DNA of 64,000 nt from Myxococcota bacterium (lineage in GTDB: Bacteria > Myxococcota_A > UBA9160 > UBA4427): positions 6,080,001 to 6,144,000 of the forward strand of contig OZ252299.1 of NCBI GenBank assembly GCA_965250285.1, in the 5' to 3' direction. A program made the position numbers and the translations under genes. This document shows positions 39,214-50,106 of the stretch, piece by piece (the first letter of the stretch is position 1; each line of letters opens with the position of its first letter). The notes below the pieces were generated by a model. The model did not search any database. It was given only the letters and a program-made list of their open reading frames with translations, and was not told where the DNA came from.

Positions 39214-40366
39214 ATGAGCCCCGACGCCAACCCTGTCCGAGTGGACCCTGCCGAGCTCGAAGAGCGGCTGCGCGACCTGCGCAGACGCTTCGACGAGTTC
39301 CGGGGGCGTCTTTGACCCCGCTTCACTGAAGGCCCGCCTCGAGCACCTCGAGGTGGAGATGGGGCGCCCCGATCTCTGGGACGATCAGGAGCGGGCGCAG
39401 AAGGTCGCGCGCGAGAAGAGCGCGATCGAGGACGAGCTCGGCCTGCACGGTCGAATCGAGGAGGCCCTCGACGACGCCGAGGTGTTGATCGAGCTCGCCA
39501 GCGAAGAGGGCGACGCCGACAGCCTGAGCGAAGCCGGGGGGCGGCTCGGCGAGGCCGACGGCCTGCTCGCGGACGCCGAGCTGAAGCAGCTGCTCGGCGG
39601 CGAGCACGACCGTTCGAACGTGATCCTCGAGATCAACTCGGGTGCCGGGGGCACCGATGCGAGCGACTGGGCCGAGATGCTGCTTCGCATGTATCTGCGC
39701 TGGGCCGAGCGGAAGGGCTTCAAGACCGAGCTGATTCACGTGCAGGGCGCCGAGGAGGCCGGCATTCGCAGCGCCACGCTCAAGATCGATGGCGAATACG
39801 CGTACGGCTACCTGAAGCCCGAGCAGGGCGTGCATCGCCTCGTCCGGATCTCGCCCTTCGACAGTCAGGCTCGGCGACACACCGCGTTTGCGAGCGTCAC
39901 CGCCGTGCCCGAGATCGAAGACGAGGTCGACGTCGAGATCGACGAGGGCGATCTGCGCATCGATACCTATCGCGCGAGCGGCGCGGGGGGGCAGCACGTC
40001 AACAAGACCGACTCCGCCGTGCGCATCACCCACGTGCCCAGCGGCATTGTCGTCCAGTGCCAGAACGAGCGATCGCAGCACAAGAACAAGGCGACGGCGA
40101 TGAAGGTGCTGCGGGCGCAGCTCTTCGAGCGCCAGCGTGAAGAACAGGAAGAGAAGCTGGCCGAGATCACGGGCGAGAAGCGCGAGATCGGATTCGGCAG
40201 TCAGATTCGCTCGTACACCCTTCATCCCCAGCAGCGGGCGAAGGATCACCGCACCGACAAGGAGGTCGGGAACGTCGCGGGCGTGCTCGATGGTGACCTC
40301 GACCCGTTCGTGCGCGCCATGCTGCTGCACCAGTCGGGGCAGAGTGCGGCCAGAGAGTCGGCGTAG
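39214..40366 (+). CDS. prfB: Peptide chain release factor 2 (programmed +1 frameshift at 39310-39316)
   Basis: ORF1 from ATG 39214 ends GGGGGCGT-CTT-TGA-C; the +1 frame gives [12 protein letters not shown] (SPF) and GAGGQHVN (GGQ). Confidence 0.96.
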
Positions 40367-40458
40367 GGGCGCGCGCGCCGCGGGCTGCGGTGTGTGCGAT
40401 GCGCGCGTTGTGAGACGCGTGAGCGTTGCGAGACAAGTGAGAGACAGGAGAGCCAGGG

Positions 40459-42438
40459 TTGGATCTCGTCAGCCTCATTCGTGAAGCACTCGGCGCCGTC
40501 GGCGGCGGTGTGGCGCTCGGCTTCATCGTCGCGCTCGCGATCGGGATGATCGCGCTGACGGTCGTCTACCTGGGCTCGGCCGTCGTCGTGCTCGATCGCT
40601 TCGCGCGCGTCGCGCGCAATCCGCTCTGGGTGGCGTTCTTCGGCGCGGTGGTGAGCGGGCTCGCCGCCGCGGCGTACCTCAGCGAAGCACGTCCCGAGCT
40701 GTCGCTCGCGGGCTGGTCGGTCTGGGGGCGCGCCTATGCCGAGACCGCGGGGGGCGTCTTCGGGGCGAGCCTCGTGCTCTCGGCCGCGACCTTCGGGGTG
40801 CTGCGCGCCACGGCTTCGAACTCGGGCCGGCTCGGCACGATCGTCCTCGGGCTTCTCGGGATCGCACTCGGCGGGCTGGTCGGCGCCGCGGGCCAGGTGG
40901 CGAACGCGTTCGTGCCGCCTCTGGCCGTCGCGCCGGTCGCGGCGGTGCTCAGCTGGCGCCGTCGGCGCCGCGCCGCCGAGGGCGAGGGGCCGAGCGAGGC
41001 CGAGCGCGGGGTCTGGCTGCTCGTCGCGACGTCGACCATCGGCATTGCCGTGGCGCTCTGGCCGGGGGACGTCGAGATCGCGGGCACGCTCGGCGCCACC
41101 ATCGTGGCAGGCGTCGGCGCGTTCACGCTCTTCGGCTTGCTGCCGCTCGCGGCCGCCGGCCTGATCGGCATGCGCCGCTCGGTCGAGTGGTTCATCGCGC
41201 TCCGCTACCTCGTCGCCGAACGTCGCCAGGTCTTCATCTCGGCCATCACCGCCATCTGCGTCGCGGGCGTCGCCGCCGGCGTCTGGCTGATCATCGTCGT
41301 GCTGTCGGTGATGAACGGCTTCGAGCAAACCTGGCGGCAGGAGATCCTCGGCAACCGGGCCCACTTCACGATTCACAGTGGCTTCGGTGAGATCGAGGGC
41401 GTCGACGAAGTGATCGAGCAGGTGCGACACGTGCCCGGCGTCGTCGCGGCCTCGCCGTACCTCGACGTCGACGGCATGGTGCGGGGTCGTGGGGGCGAGA
41501 TCTTCAGCGTGCGCATGCGGGGAATCGATCCGGACACCGTCGGTGCCGTCACGAGCCTCGACGAAGACATGCTCTACGGCAGCCTCGACGATCTCGATGC
41601 GCCGGTGGGTGACGACGGCGCGCCGGGCATCGTGATCGGCAACCAGTTGGCGCGGGCGCTCGGCGTCGGGCTCGGCGACGAGCTCGTCTTGATCTCGCCC
41701 TTCGGCGGCCCACCGACGCCGCTCGGGCCGGGCCCGCGACTGGCACGTTTCACGGTCGCCGGTGTGTTCCAGTCGAGCTTCCATCAATTCGACGAGGTCT
41801 ACACCTACGTCTCGCTCCCGGCCGCCCAGGACTTCCGGCGCTCGGGACCGGTGGTCGATGGCATCGAGTGCCTGACCACCGACTACTACCGCTCGCGTCG
41901 CGTGGGCGACGCCGTGGCGGAAGATCTCGGATACCCGTTCTTCGCCCGCGACTGGAAGGACTACTACCCGGCGTTCTTCCAGGCGCTCAAGACCGAACGC
42001 GTGATGATGTTCCTGCTGCTCACGATGATCATGGTCGTGGCCGCATTCGTGATCGTGACGACGCTCATCATGATGATCATGGAGAAGTCGAGCGACATCT
42101 CGATCCTCAAGGCGATGGGCGCGCAGGATTCACTCATCGAGCGCATCTTCGCGCTCGAGGGCACGTTCATTGGCCTCGCAGGCACCACCCTCGGTGTGCT
42201 CGCCGGCATCGCGGTGACGTCGCGCCTATCGTGGATCCAGGAACAGATCGAGATGATCACCGGCATCGATACGCTTCCAGCGAGCGTCTACCAGTTCTCG
42301 GAGCTGCCTTCGAAGGTCGACCCCGTACAGGTCGGCCTCGTGGTGCTCATTGCCATGGTCCTGTCGCTCGGCGCGACGTTGCTGCCGAGCCGTCAGGGGG
42401 CGCGCCTCGATCCGGCGGAGGGCCTGCGACATGAGTGA
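40459..42438 (+). CDS. Lipoprotein-releasing ABC permease LolC/E (LolF-like) with ~240-aa N-terminal membrane extension
   Basis: [54 protein letters not shown]. Confidence 0.9.
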   Translation: MDLVSLIREALGAVGGGVALGFIVALAIGMIALTVVYLGSAVVVLDRFARVARNPLWVAFFGAVVSGLAAAAYLSEARPELSLAGWSVWGRAYAETAGGVFGASLVLSAATFGVLRATASNSGRLGTIVLGLLGIALGGLVGAAGQVANAFVPPLAVAPVAAVLSWRRRRRAAEGEGPSEAERGVWLLVATSTIGIAVALWPGDVEIAGTLGATIVAGVGAFTLFGLLPLAAAGLIGMRRSVEWFIALRYLVAERRQVFISAITAICVAGVAAGVWLIIVVLSVMNGFEQTWRQEILGNRAHFTIHSGFGEIEGVDEVIEQVRHVPGVVAASPYLDVDGMVRGRGGEIFSVRMRGIDPDTVGAVTSLDEDMLYGSLDDLDAPVGDDGAPGIVIGNQLARALGVGLGDELVLISPFGGPPTPLGPGPRLARFTVAGVFQSSFHQFDEVYTYVSLPAAQDFRRSGPVVDGIECLTTDYYRSRRVGDAVAEDLGYPFFARDWKDYYPAFFQALKTERVMMFLLLTMIMVVAAFVIVTTLIMMIMEKSSDISILKAMGAQDSLIERIFALEGTFIGLAGTTLGVLAGIAVTSRLSWIQEQIEMITGIDTLPASVYQFSELPSKVDPVQVGLVVLIAMVLSLGATLLPSRQGARLDPAEGLRHE

Positions 42439-43168
42439 GGCCGTACAGCGCATCGAAGAGGCCGAGGTCGCGACGCCGGTCATCGAGCTCGAGGGGCTCT
42501 GCAAGCACTTCGAGACGGGCGAGAGCCGCATCGAGGTGTTGAACGGCGTCGATCTCGCGCTGCATCGCGGTGACCGCGTCGCGATCGTCGGGCAGTCGGG
42601 CGTCGGCAAGTCGACGCTGCTTCACATCCTGGGCACGCTCGACCGTCCCAGCGCCGGCCAGGTGCGCTTCGGCGGCGAGGACGTGTTCGAGCGCAGCTCC
42701 GAATCGCTCGCCGAACTGCGCAATCGCTACCTCGGCTTCGTCTTTCAGTTCCACCATCTGCTGCCCGAGTTCAGCGCGATCGAGAACGTGATGATGCCCG
42801 GGCTGATTCAGGGGCGTACGCGCGCCGAGATGGGGCCGACCGCGGAGCACATGCTCGACGAGGTGGGACTCTCGCATCGGCTCGAGCATCCTGTGGGCAA
42901 GCTCTCGGGCGGCGAGCGCCAGCGCGTCGCCGTGGCCCGCGCGCTCGTCCTCGAGCCGCCGCTCGTGCTCGCGGACGAACCGACCGGCAACCTCGACCCC
43001 GCCACCGGCGACCAGGTCGCCGAGCTGCTCTTCGAGATGAACCAGCGGCGCGGCACGACGCTCGTGGTCGTGACCCACAGCGCGCGCATGGCGGAGCGGC
43101 TCGGTCGAACGCTCGTGCTGCGCGACGGCAAGCTGGAAGAAGGATCGGACGCGGCGGCGCTGGCCTGA
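42431..43168 (+). CDS. lolD: Lipoprotein-releasing ABC ATPase
   Basis: [47 protein letters not shown]. Confidence 0.93.
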   Translation: MSEAVQRIEEAEVATPVIELEGLCKHFETGESRIEVLNGVDLALHRGDRVAIVGQSGVGKSTLLHILGTLDRPSAGQVRFGGEDVFERSSESLAELRNRYLGFVFQFHHLLPEFSAIENVMMPGLIQGRTRAEMGPTAEHMLDEVGLSHRLEHPVGKLSGGERQRVAVARALVLEPPLVLADEPTGNLDPATGDQVAELLFEMNQRRGTTLVVVTHSARMAERLGRTLVLRDGKLEEGSDAAALA

Positions 43169-43435
43169 GCTTCGCGCCAGCGGCTTCGAGCCGAATCACC
43201 CCGACCCCATCCGACACCGCCCGCCGCATTCCGGTTGCATCTTCGTGCGCGCTCGGGTGTTCGCCTCAAGTGATTGAGAATGCAACGGAATCGGCCGATT
43301 CGAAGCCTTGAATGGGGTCTCGCCCGAGACTAGACTGCGCGGCGCTCGCGAGCCCCCTCGACAGTCGATTCTGCACTCAGTCGTCCTCGCACCGCGTGGG
43401 GCTTCGGCGGGCCTGGGTGAATTCGGAGGAAATTC

Positions 43436-46400
43436 GTGCGCGCGACCTCGGCGGCGCCCGCCGTCTCGTGGGCCAGGCTCGTGTTCGCGATCGCGCTGCT
43501 CGTCAGCGCGACGAATGCCCACGCACAGGCGGCGCCCGATGCCGGCGCGGCGACACCGCCCGCGCAGACCGAAGCCGATTCGTCCGAGTCACAGGCGGAT
43601 GCCCCGTCGTCGGCGCCCGACGGTCGGAGCACGGTCGCGGTGTTGCCCTTTCAGGTGCACAGTGCGCGGCCACTCGACTACCTCGTCGAGTCGTTGACCG
43701 AGCTGCTCGTCACGCGGCTCGAAGCCACCCAGAAGCTCGACGTTCGCGATCTCGCCGAGACCAAGGAGGTGCTCGGGACCGATGTCGATCGCGACTTGAG
43801 CGACGAGGAGGCGCGACAGCTCGCCGAGAAGCTCGGCGTCGATGCAGTGGTAACCGGTAGCCTCACCGAGCTCGCCGGGCGCTACAGCCTCGACGTGCGC
43901 GTGGTCAAAGCCATCCCCGGGGCGCGCGCCCATACGATCGTCTACACGGCCGAGAACGAGAAGGATCTCGTCGCTCGTCTGGGCGAGCTGACCGAGCAGG
44001 TGACGCTCGCGTCGGCCGGCAGTGAGCTCGGTCGCATCATGAGCATGCGGATCGAGGGGGCGGGTGACCTCGAGCCGCTCTTCCGCTCGACGATTCGCAG
44101 CCAGGCCGGCCGGCCCTACGACCCGCTGACGGCCCAGGCCGATCGCGACCGCATGGTCGAGCACGAGCGCGTCGCTCGCGTCAACGTCGACACCGAGCGC
44201 GTCGAGGGCGGCGTGGCGCTGGTCTTCACCGTCCTGCGCACCGAGATGCTGGTCGGGCAGGGGGCCGTGCCCCGATCGGGGGTGACGGTCACGTCGATCT
44301 CGATCGACGGCAATCGCCGCATCGAGACGGACGCGATCCTGACGCGCATCGAGAGCAAGGAGGGCGAGCCGCTCTCGCGCAGTCGCCTGGCCCGCGACGT
44401 GCGTGACGTCTACGGGCTGGGTTTCTTCCGGGCCGTCAACGTGTTCGCAGAGCCGAATGCCGACGGCGTCGACCTGATCTTCCGGGTCGAGGAGAACCCG
44501 GTGATTCGCCAGATCACGATCACCGGCAACGACAACGTGAAGGGCGACGACATTCTCGACGTCCTGACGTTGACCACAGGGTCGACGCTCGACTACTCGC
44601 TGCTGCACGAGAACAAGGATCGCATCCAGCAGGTCTATCGCGCCGAGGGCTACTACCTCGCCGAGGTCGACTTCGAGATGGACGAGATCTCCGATTCGGC
44701 CGTTTCGATCGACTTCATCGTGGTCGAGAACGAGAAGCTCAAGCTCCGAAAGATCGAGTTCGCAGGCAACGAGCACATCAAGTCGAAGGAGCTTCGCAAG
44801 GGCTTCAACACGAAGACGCGTCGGTGGTACTCGTGGGCGACGTCGTGGTTCGACCGAACGGGAACGTACAGCGAGCCGATCTTCGCCCGCGATCTCAGAG
44901 AGGTCGAGAAGAAGTACACGGACCGCGGCTATCTGCAGGTCGAGGTGGGGGAGCCCGAGGTCGACCCGACCGAAGAGGGTCTCTTCGTCGAAGTGCCGAT
45001 CACCGAGGGGCCGCAGTTCAGCGTGGGTACGATCGACGTATCTGGCGATCAGACGGTCGATCTCGCGGCGCTTCGCGAGAAGCTTCGGCTCACCGATGGC
45101 GACGTCTTCAACCGTTCGTATCTCACGCAGGACGTCGAGAGCCTCGAGCGCCACTACACGGATCGCGGCTTCTACTTCGCGAGCGTGCAGCCTCAGACCC
45201 GCATCAACCAGGCCGACAAGACCGTCGACGTGCTCTTCGCCGTCGAGAAGGGCCCGCTCTACTTCGTCCGCAACCTCGACATCGCTGGCAACACGCGCAC
45301 GGTCGACCCGGTGATCCGCCGCGAGATGGAGGTCGTCGAGGGGCAGCTCTACTCGGCGCGCGCGCTGCAGATCAGCGATCGCCGCATTCGGGGCCTCGGC
45401 TACTTCGAAGATGTGAGCTTCGAGCCCAAGCCCACCCCCGATCCGTACCAGCTGGATCTCGCGGTGAACGTCGTCGAGCGTCCCACTGGCTCGTTCAGCT
45501 TCGGCGCCGGCTACTCGAGCCAGGACGGCCTCGTCTTCACCGGCTCGCTTTCGCAGTCGAACCTGTTCGGCCGCGGCTACGCGGTCAATCTGTCGGTCGA
45601 CGTCGGCGGCCGGACGAGCCGCTACTTCTTCTCGGTCAGCGACCCGTACTTCATGGGCAGCACGTTCAGCTTCGGTGGCACGATCTTCCTCACCGACGTG
45701 CGCTTCGACACGTTCCAGAGCCGGCAGCGCGGTTTCGACTTCGTGCTCGGTCACGCCCTGACCGAAGACAAGACTGCACGGGGCTTCATGCGATACAGCT
45801 GGTCGAGCCGGCAGGTGCGTCAGGATACTCGGGTCAACGCCGCTGCGACCATCTTTCGCGAGATCCTGCAGGGCAACGAGAGCAGTAGTCTGCTCGGTTT
45901 CTCGTTTACGCGAGATACGCGCGACGACCGTTTCTCGGCGACCTCGGGTACGAATATGGGCGGCACCATCGAGTACTCGGGTCTCGGTGGTTTCGCGAAG
46001 TTCCTACGGACCGAATATCGCATCGGCTGGTACCTCGGCGCGCCGAAGTGGCTGATCGACCGATCGTCGTTCGTTGCGTCCGCGCGCGTCGGCTACGCGG
46101 TGCCCTTCAACCAGATCTCCGACTGGAACCTCACCATCGCCGACACCGACCAGTGCGAGGTGAGCACCTGCATCAACGTCGACACGCTCGATCAGATCGA
46201 TACCGATCTGAGGCTCCCTCTGACCGAGCGCTACTTCCTCGGTGGCATCGGAAGCTTCCAGCTACGAGGCTTCCGCGCGCGCAGCGTCGGTCCGCGTCGC
46301 GCGATCCTGCAGCGCAGCGGCATCGCGGGAGGCGGCAGTCTCTTCCACCCCGTGGGCACGACGTTGAACTACATCTCGACGCGCAACGAATGGGTCGCGG

Positions 46401-46786
46401 TCTGTGAAGATCAAGGCCTCTTCACGCAGGGCGACGGCGACGGCCGCTGCAACACCTTGAATACGCAGAACATCGATGACTTCGAGGACATCGACGAGAC
46501 CGACGTCGTCGGCGGCAACTCGTTCATCTCCACCAGCTTCGAGTATCGTTTCCCGATCTCGGAGCAGGTCGGTCTACAGGGCGTCGTGTTCATCGACGGC
46601 GGCAATGCCTTCTACGAAGGGCAGAACCTGTTCGACGTGACGGACTGGCGCTACGGTTCCGGCGGCGGAGTGCTCTGGTTCTCGCCATTCGGTCCGTTGC
46701 AGCTCGTTCTCGGTTTTCCCATCAATCCGCGATCCTTCGAAGACAGTCCGGTCTTCGAGTTCTCGGTGGGTGGTTTTGGGCTTTAG
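43436..46786 (+). CDS. bamA: Outer-membrane protein assembly factor BamA with extra N-terminal domains
   Basis: POTRA repeats (IDGNRRIE, ITGNDNV, FAGNEHI, IAGNTRT), VERPTGSFSFGAGYSS, NLFGRG, LRGF, WFSPFGPL. Confidence 0.95.
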   Translation: MRATSAAPAVSWARLVFAIALLVSATNAHAQAAPDAGAATPPAQTEADSSESQADAPSSAPDGRSTVAVLPFQVHSARPLDYLVESLTELLVTRLEATQKLDVRDLAETKEVLGTDVDRDLSDEEARQLAEKLGVDAVVTGSLTELAGRYSLDVRVVKAIPGARAHTIVYTAENEKDLVARLGELTEQVTLASAGSELGRIMSMRIEGAGDLEPLFRSTIRSQAGRPYDPLTAQADRDRMVEHERVARVNVDTERVEGGVALVFTVLRTEMLVGQGAVPRSGVTVTSISIDGNRRIETDAILTRIESKEGEPLSRSRLARDVRDVYGLGFFRAVNVFAEPNADGVDLIFRVEENPVIRQITITGNDNVKGDDILDVLTLTTGSTLDYSLLHENKDRIQQVYRAEGYYLAEVDFEMDEISDSAVSIDFIVVENEKLKLRKIEFAGNEHIKSKELRKGFNTKTRRWYSWATSWFDRTGTYSEPIFARDLREVEKKYTDRGYLQVEVGEPEVDPTEEGLFVEVPITEGPQFSVGTIDVSGDQTVDLAALREKLRLTDGDVFNRSYLTQDVESLERHYTDRGFYFASVQPQTRINQADKTVDVLFAVEKGPLYFVRNLDIAGNTRTVDPVIRREMEVVEGQLYSARALQISDRRIRGLGYFEDVSFEPKPTPDPYQLDLAVNVVERPTGSFSFGAGYSSQDGLVFTGSLSQSNLFGRGYAVNLSVDVGGRTSRYFFSVSDPYFMGSTFSFGGTIFLTDVRFDTFQSRQRGFDFVLGHALTEDKTARGFMRYSWSSRQVRQDTRVNAAATIFREILQGNESSSLLGFSFTRDTRDDRFSATSGTNMGGTIEYSGLGGFAKFLRTEYRIGWYLGAPKWLIDRSSFVASARVGYAVPFNQISDWNLTIADTDQCEVSTCINVDTLDQIDTDLRLPLTERYFLGGIGSFQLRGFRARSVGPRRAILQRSGIAGGGSLFHPVGTTLNYISTRNEWVAVCEDQGLFTQGDGDGRCNTLNTQNIDDFEDIDETDVVGGNSFISTSFEYRFPISEQVGLQGVVFIDGGNAFYEGQNLFDVTDWRYGSGGGVLWFSPFGPLQLVLGFPINPRSFEDSPVFEFSVGGFGL

Positions 46787-46863
46787 CTCTCTTCGAAGCC
46801 CGACCGCACGCCGCGTGGGCGTGCGATCGGGGTGGACGAGTCGAGCATGACAAGGAGTCGATC

Positions 46864-47385
46864 GTGAAGATCAACAAGGCAATCGTGGTCGTTCTGGCCT
46901 GCCTCGTCCTCGGTTGGGGACTCGGCGCGGACGACAAGGGCATGACCATCGGGGTCGTCGATCTCGATCAGGCCGTGCTCTCGACGGACGAGGGCAAGGC
47001 GGCACGGGAGGAGCTCGAGCGGCGCGCGCGCGAGGCCGAGATCGAGCTCAAGCCGATGATCGAAGAGCTGCAGGGTCTGATGGAGGAGTACCAGCAGAAG
47101 GAAGCCATCAGCTCGGACGAGTGGAAGCAGGACAAGCAGCTCGAAGCCGCCAGTCTGCGCAACCGCATCGAGTTCAAGCAAAAGGAGATGCAGACGCAGC
47201 TCGAGGTGCACCGCGAGCGACTGGTCGCGCCGCTGCGGACGAAGCTCGTCGAGGTCGTCGACAGCATCGGTCGTGAAGAGGGCTACGCGCTGATCCTCGT
47301 GCGCAACGCACCCGGTGTGATGTACACGCGCGAAGCGCTCGACATCACCGACCTCGTCATCAAGAAGTTCAACGAGAAGAGCTGA
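46864..47385 (+). CDS. skp: Periplasmic chaperone Skp/OmpH
   Basis: Signal peptide, IGVVDLDQAV, coiled coil, DITDLVIKKFN; follows bamA. Confidence 0.88.
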   Translation: MKINKAIVVVLACLVLGWGLGADDKGMTIGVVDLDQAVLSTDEGKAAREELERRAREAEIELKPMIEELQGLMEEYQQKEAISSDEWKQDKQLEAASLRNRIEFKQKEMQTQLEVHRERLVAPLRTKLVEVVDSIGREEGYALILVRNAPGVMYTREALDITDLVIKKFNEKS

Positions 47386-47389
47386 TCCG

Positions 47390-48163
47390 TTGGGGGTGCA
47401 TCCCACCGCCGTCGTCGAGACGGGCGCCGTCCTCGCCGACGGCGTGCAGGTGGGACCCCTCGCCGTGATCGGCGCCGACGTCGAGCTCGGCCCCGGCGTC
47501 GAGGTCGGGGCCCACGCGGTCGTGCTGGGCCCCACGAAGGTGGGGGCGGGCACGCGCATCTTCCCGCACGCCTGCGTGGGCGCCGAACCGCAGATCGTGG
47601 GCCCACCCGCCCACGAGACGCGGCTCGAGATCGGCGAAGCCAACGTGCTGCGCGAACACGTCACGATCCACCGCGGCTCCCACGGCGGGGGCGGCGTGAC
47701 GCGCCTCGGCGATCGCAACTATCTGATGAACGGCACGCACGTCGCCCACGACTGCATCGTGGGCGACGACTGCACCATCGCGAGCTTCTGCGGCCTCGCC
47801 GGTCACGTCGAGGTCGGTGGCCACGCCGTGCTCGGCGCGTACACCGGTGTGCATCAGCACTGCCGCATCGGTGAGTCGGCGATGACCGCCGCGGGCAGCA
47901 AGGCGACCAAGGATGTGGCGCCCTTCGTGACGGCAGCGGGGGATCGCGCGCGGCTGGTCGGACTCAATCTCGTGGGCCTGCGCCGACGCGGCTTCACGAC
48001 CGACGAGATCGGCGCGCTCAAGCGAGCGGTTCGACTCGTGTTCCATGCCGGGCTGCGGGTCGACGAGGCTCTCGCTCGCATCGAGGCCGAGGGGATCGGC
48101 ACCCCGCATGTGCGCATGCTCACCGAGTTCGTTCGCAAGAGTCAGCGCGGCGTCGTTCGCTGA
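47390..48163 (+). CDS. lpxA: UDP-N-acetylglucosamine acyltransferase
   Basis: Hexapeptide repeats, REHVTIHRG, HVAHDC, LAGHV, VHQHCRIG, GLNLVGLRRRGF. Confidence 0.93.
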   Translation: MGVHPTAVVETGAVLADGVQVGPLAVIGADVELGPGVEVGAHAVVLGPTKVGAGTRIFPHACVGAEPQIVGPPAHETRLEIGEANVLREHVTIHRGSHGGGGVTRLGDRNYLMNGTHVAHDCIVGDDCTIASFCGLAGHVEVGGHAVLGAYTGVHQHCRIGESAMTAAGSKATKDVAPFVTAAGDRARLVGLNLVGLRRRGFTTDEIGALKRAVRLVFHAGLRVDEALARIEAEGIGTPHVRMLTEFVRKSQRGVVR

Positions 48164-48244
48164 TCACGTCGTGCTGCCCGGCGCGCGGGAGCGCCGCCGG
48201 GGCCACCCTGTTAATCTCGCTCGGGGCATTCGCCGGGGGGAGAC

Positions 48245-49117
48245 GTGCTGGGGCTGATTGCGGGCGAGGGGGCCTTTCCGGTCGAGATTGCGCGCGCCGT
48301 GCGTGCCGCGGGCCAGCCGATCCACGCCATCGCGTTTCCGGAGCTCACCGATCCAGGCCTCGAAGGTCAGGTCAGCTCGATCGAGTGGCTGCCACTGGGC
48401 GCAGTGCGGCCGCTGCTCGACTCGTTGCACGGCGCCGGCGCACGCGACGTCGTGCTCGCCGGCAAGGTCGCCAAGACGCACCTGCACCGACCCGGTGTTC
48501 CGGTCGCGCCCGATCGCGAGGCGCTCGCGCTGCTCGCCCGGCTCGACGACCGGGCCGATGGGGCCTTGCTGACGGCCCTGGCCGATCTGCTCGAAGGCGA
48601 GGGCTTCGCGCTGCGGCCTCAGGCCGAGTGGGTGCCCGAATGGATCGCTCCGCGGGGTGTCCTCGGCGCCACGAACCCGACCGAACGCCAGCGGCTCGAC
48701 ATCGTGCTCGGCTCGCCGATCGCGCGCACCCTGGCCGCGCTCGACGTCGGCCAGTGCGTGGCCGTCGAGGCCGGCACCGTCCTCGCAGTCGAGGCGATCG
48801 AGGGCACCGACGCAACGATCGCCCGAGCCGGCGAGCTGGGCGCGGGTGAGGGTGTGCTGGTCAAGGTCGCGCGGCCGGCGCAGGATCCACGCTTCGATCT
48901 CCCCGCCGTCGGTACGCGCACGCTCGAGGCGATGGCCGACGCCGGCCTGCGGGTGCTCGCGGTCGAGGCCGGGCGGACGATCCTGATCGGGGGCGCGGCG
49001 CTCGCCGGGCGCGCCGATGCCCTCGGGATTGCCATCGTCGGCATCGAACCGGCTGCGGTGCAGCCGATCGAATCCAGTGCATCGCCGCGGGTCGGGCGAC
49101 AGGAGGGCAGGGCTTGA
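48245..49117 (+). CDS. lpxI: UDP-2,3-diacylglucosamine pyrophosphatase LpxI
   Basis: LGLIAGEGAFP, LDVGQ, AVEAIEGTD, VKVARPAQDPRFDLPAVG. Confidence 0.9.
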   Translation: MLGLIAGEGAFPVEIARAVRAAGQPIHAIAFPELTDPGLEGQVSSIEWLPLGAVRPLLDSLHGAGARDVVLAGKVAKTHLHRPGVPVAPDREALALLARLDDRADGALLTALADLLEGEGFALRPQAEWVPEWIAPRGVLGATNPTERQRLDIVLGSPIARTLAALDVGQCVAVEAGTVLAVEAIEGTDATIARAGELGAGEGVLVKVARPAQDPRFDLPAVGTRTLEAMADAGLRVLAVEAGRTILIGGAALAGRADALGIAIVGIEPAAVQPIESSASPRVGRQEGRA

Positions 49118-50106
49118 CGCGCGTCGGGTCGGCCGAAGCAATCCCCGGGCATCCCACCCGCGTGGGCGTGATCGGCGTCGGCTACATGGGCCGGCTGCAT
49201 GCCGAGAAGATCGCGGCGCTCGCCGAAGACGACCGGGGGCTCGAGTTCGTGGGCGTCGCCGACGTGCGGCCCGCGCGTGCGCGGGGTGTGGCGCACCGGC
49301 TCGAGACGTCGGCCTGGGTCGAGCATCGACCGCTGCTCGAGAAGGCCGATGCCGTCGTGGTGGCCGTCCCCACGGTGAGCCACTTCGACATCGTACGGGA
49401 TGCACTGCTCGCCGGTGTCGACGTGCTCGTCGAGAAGCCAATCGCCTCGACCGTCGGCCAGGCCGAGCAGCTGCTCGGGCTCGCGACCGAGGGCGGACGG
49501 ATCCTGCAGGTCGGTCATCTCGAGTGGTTCAACGGTGCGATGAGCGCGATCCGCGAGCACATCCGCGCGCCGCGCTTCATCGAGGTGCACCGCCTCGGGC
49601 CGTTCCCCGACCGCGCCACCGACATCGACGTGGTGCGCGACGTGATGATCCACGACCTCGACATCCTGCAGCAGATCCTCGGTGAGGCGCCCAGCGAGAT
49701 CGACGCCGTCGGCGTGCCGATCCTCTCCCCCGAGATCGACATCGCCAATGCGCGGCTGCGGTTTCCGGGCGGTTGCGTGGCGAATCTCACCGCGAGTCGG
49801 GTGACGAGCACGCCCACGCGCAAGATGCGCTTCTTTCAACCCGACGGATACTTCTCGGTCGACTTCCTCGAGCAGAGCGCCGTGGCGATTCGGCGCGAGC
49901 CCGGCGAGGATGCTGCGTCGGCTGCCATGCGACTCGAGAAGCTCGACGTCGACCGGGGTGATGCGCTGCTCGCGCAGCTGCGCGACTTCGTGGCCGCGGT
50001 GCGAACGCGTTGCCGCCCCGAGGTCGACGGCCTGGACGGCCTCGATGCACTGCGCACGGCCGTGCGTGTGAACGAGGCGATCGGACCGGTCGCCGCGCTC
50101 GACTAG
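49114..50106 (+). CDS. Gfo/Idh/MocA oxidoreductase, GnnA-like
   Basis: GVIGVGYMGRLHA, LVEKP, QVGHLEWFN, DVMIHDLD; lies between lpxI and lpxB. Confidence 0.8.
   Translation: MTRVGSAEAIPGHPTRVGVIGVGYMGRLHAEKIAALAEDDRGLEFVGVADVRPARARGVAHRLETSAWVEHRPLLEKADAVVVAVPTVSHFDIVRDALLAGVDVLVEKPIASTVGQAEQLLGLATEGGRILQVGHLEWFNGAMSAIREHIRAPRFIEVHRLGPFPDRATDIDVVRDVMIHDLDILQQILGEAPSEIDAVGVPILSPEIDIANARLRFPGGCVANLTASRVTSTPTRKMRFFQPDGYFSVDFLEQSAVAIRREPGEDAASAAMRLEKLDVDRGDALLAQLRDFVAAVRTRCRPEVDGLDGLDALRTAVRVNEAIGPVAALD

Noticed and set aside
39214..39352. prfB as a pseudogene or truncated gene
   Set aside because: The in-frame TGA is the canonical CTT-TGA-C programmed frameshift site.
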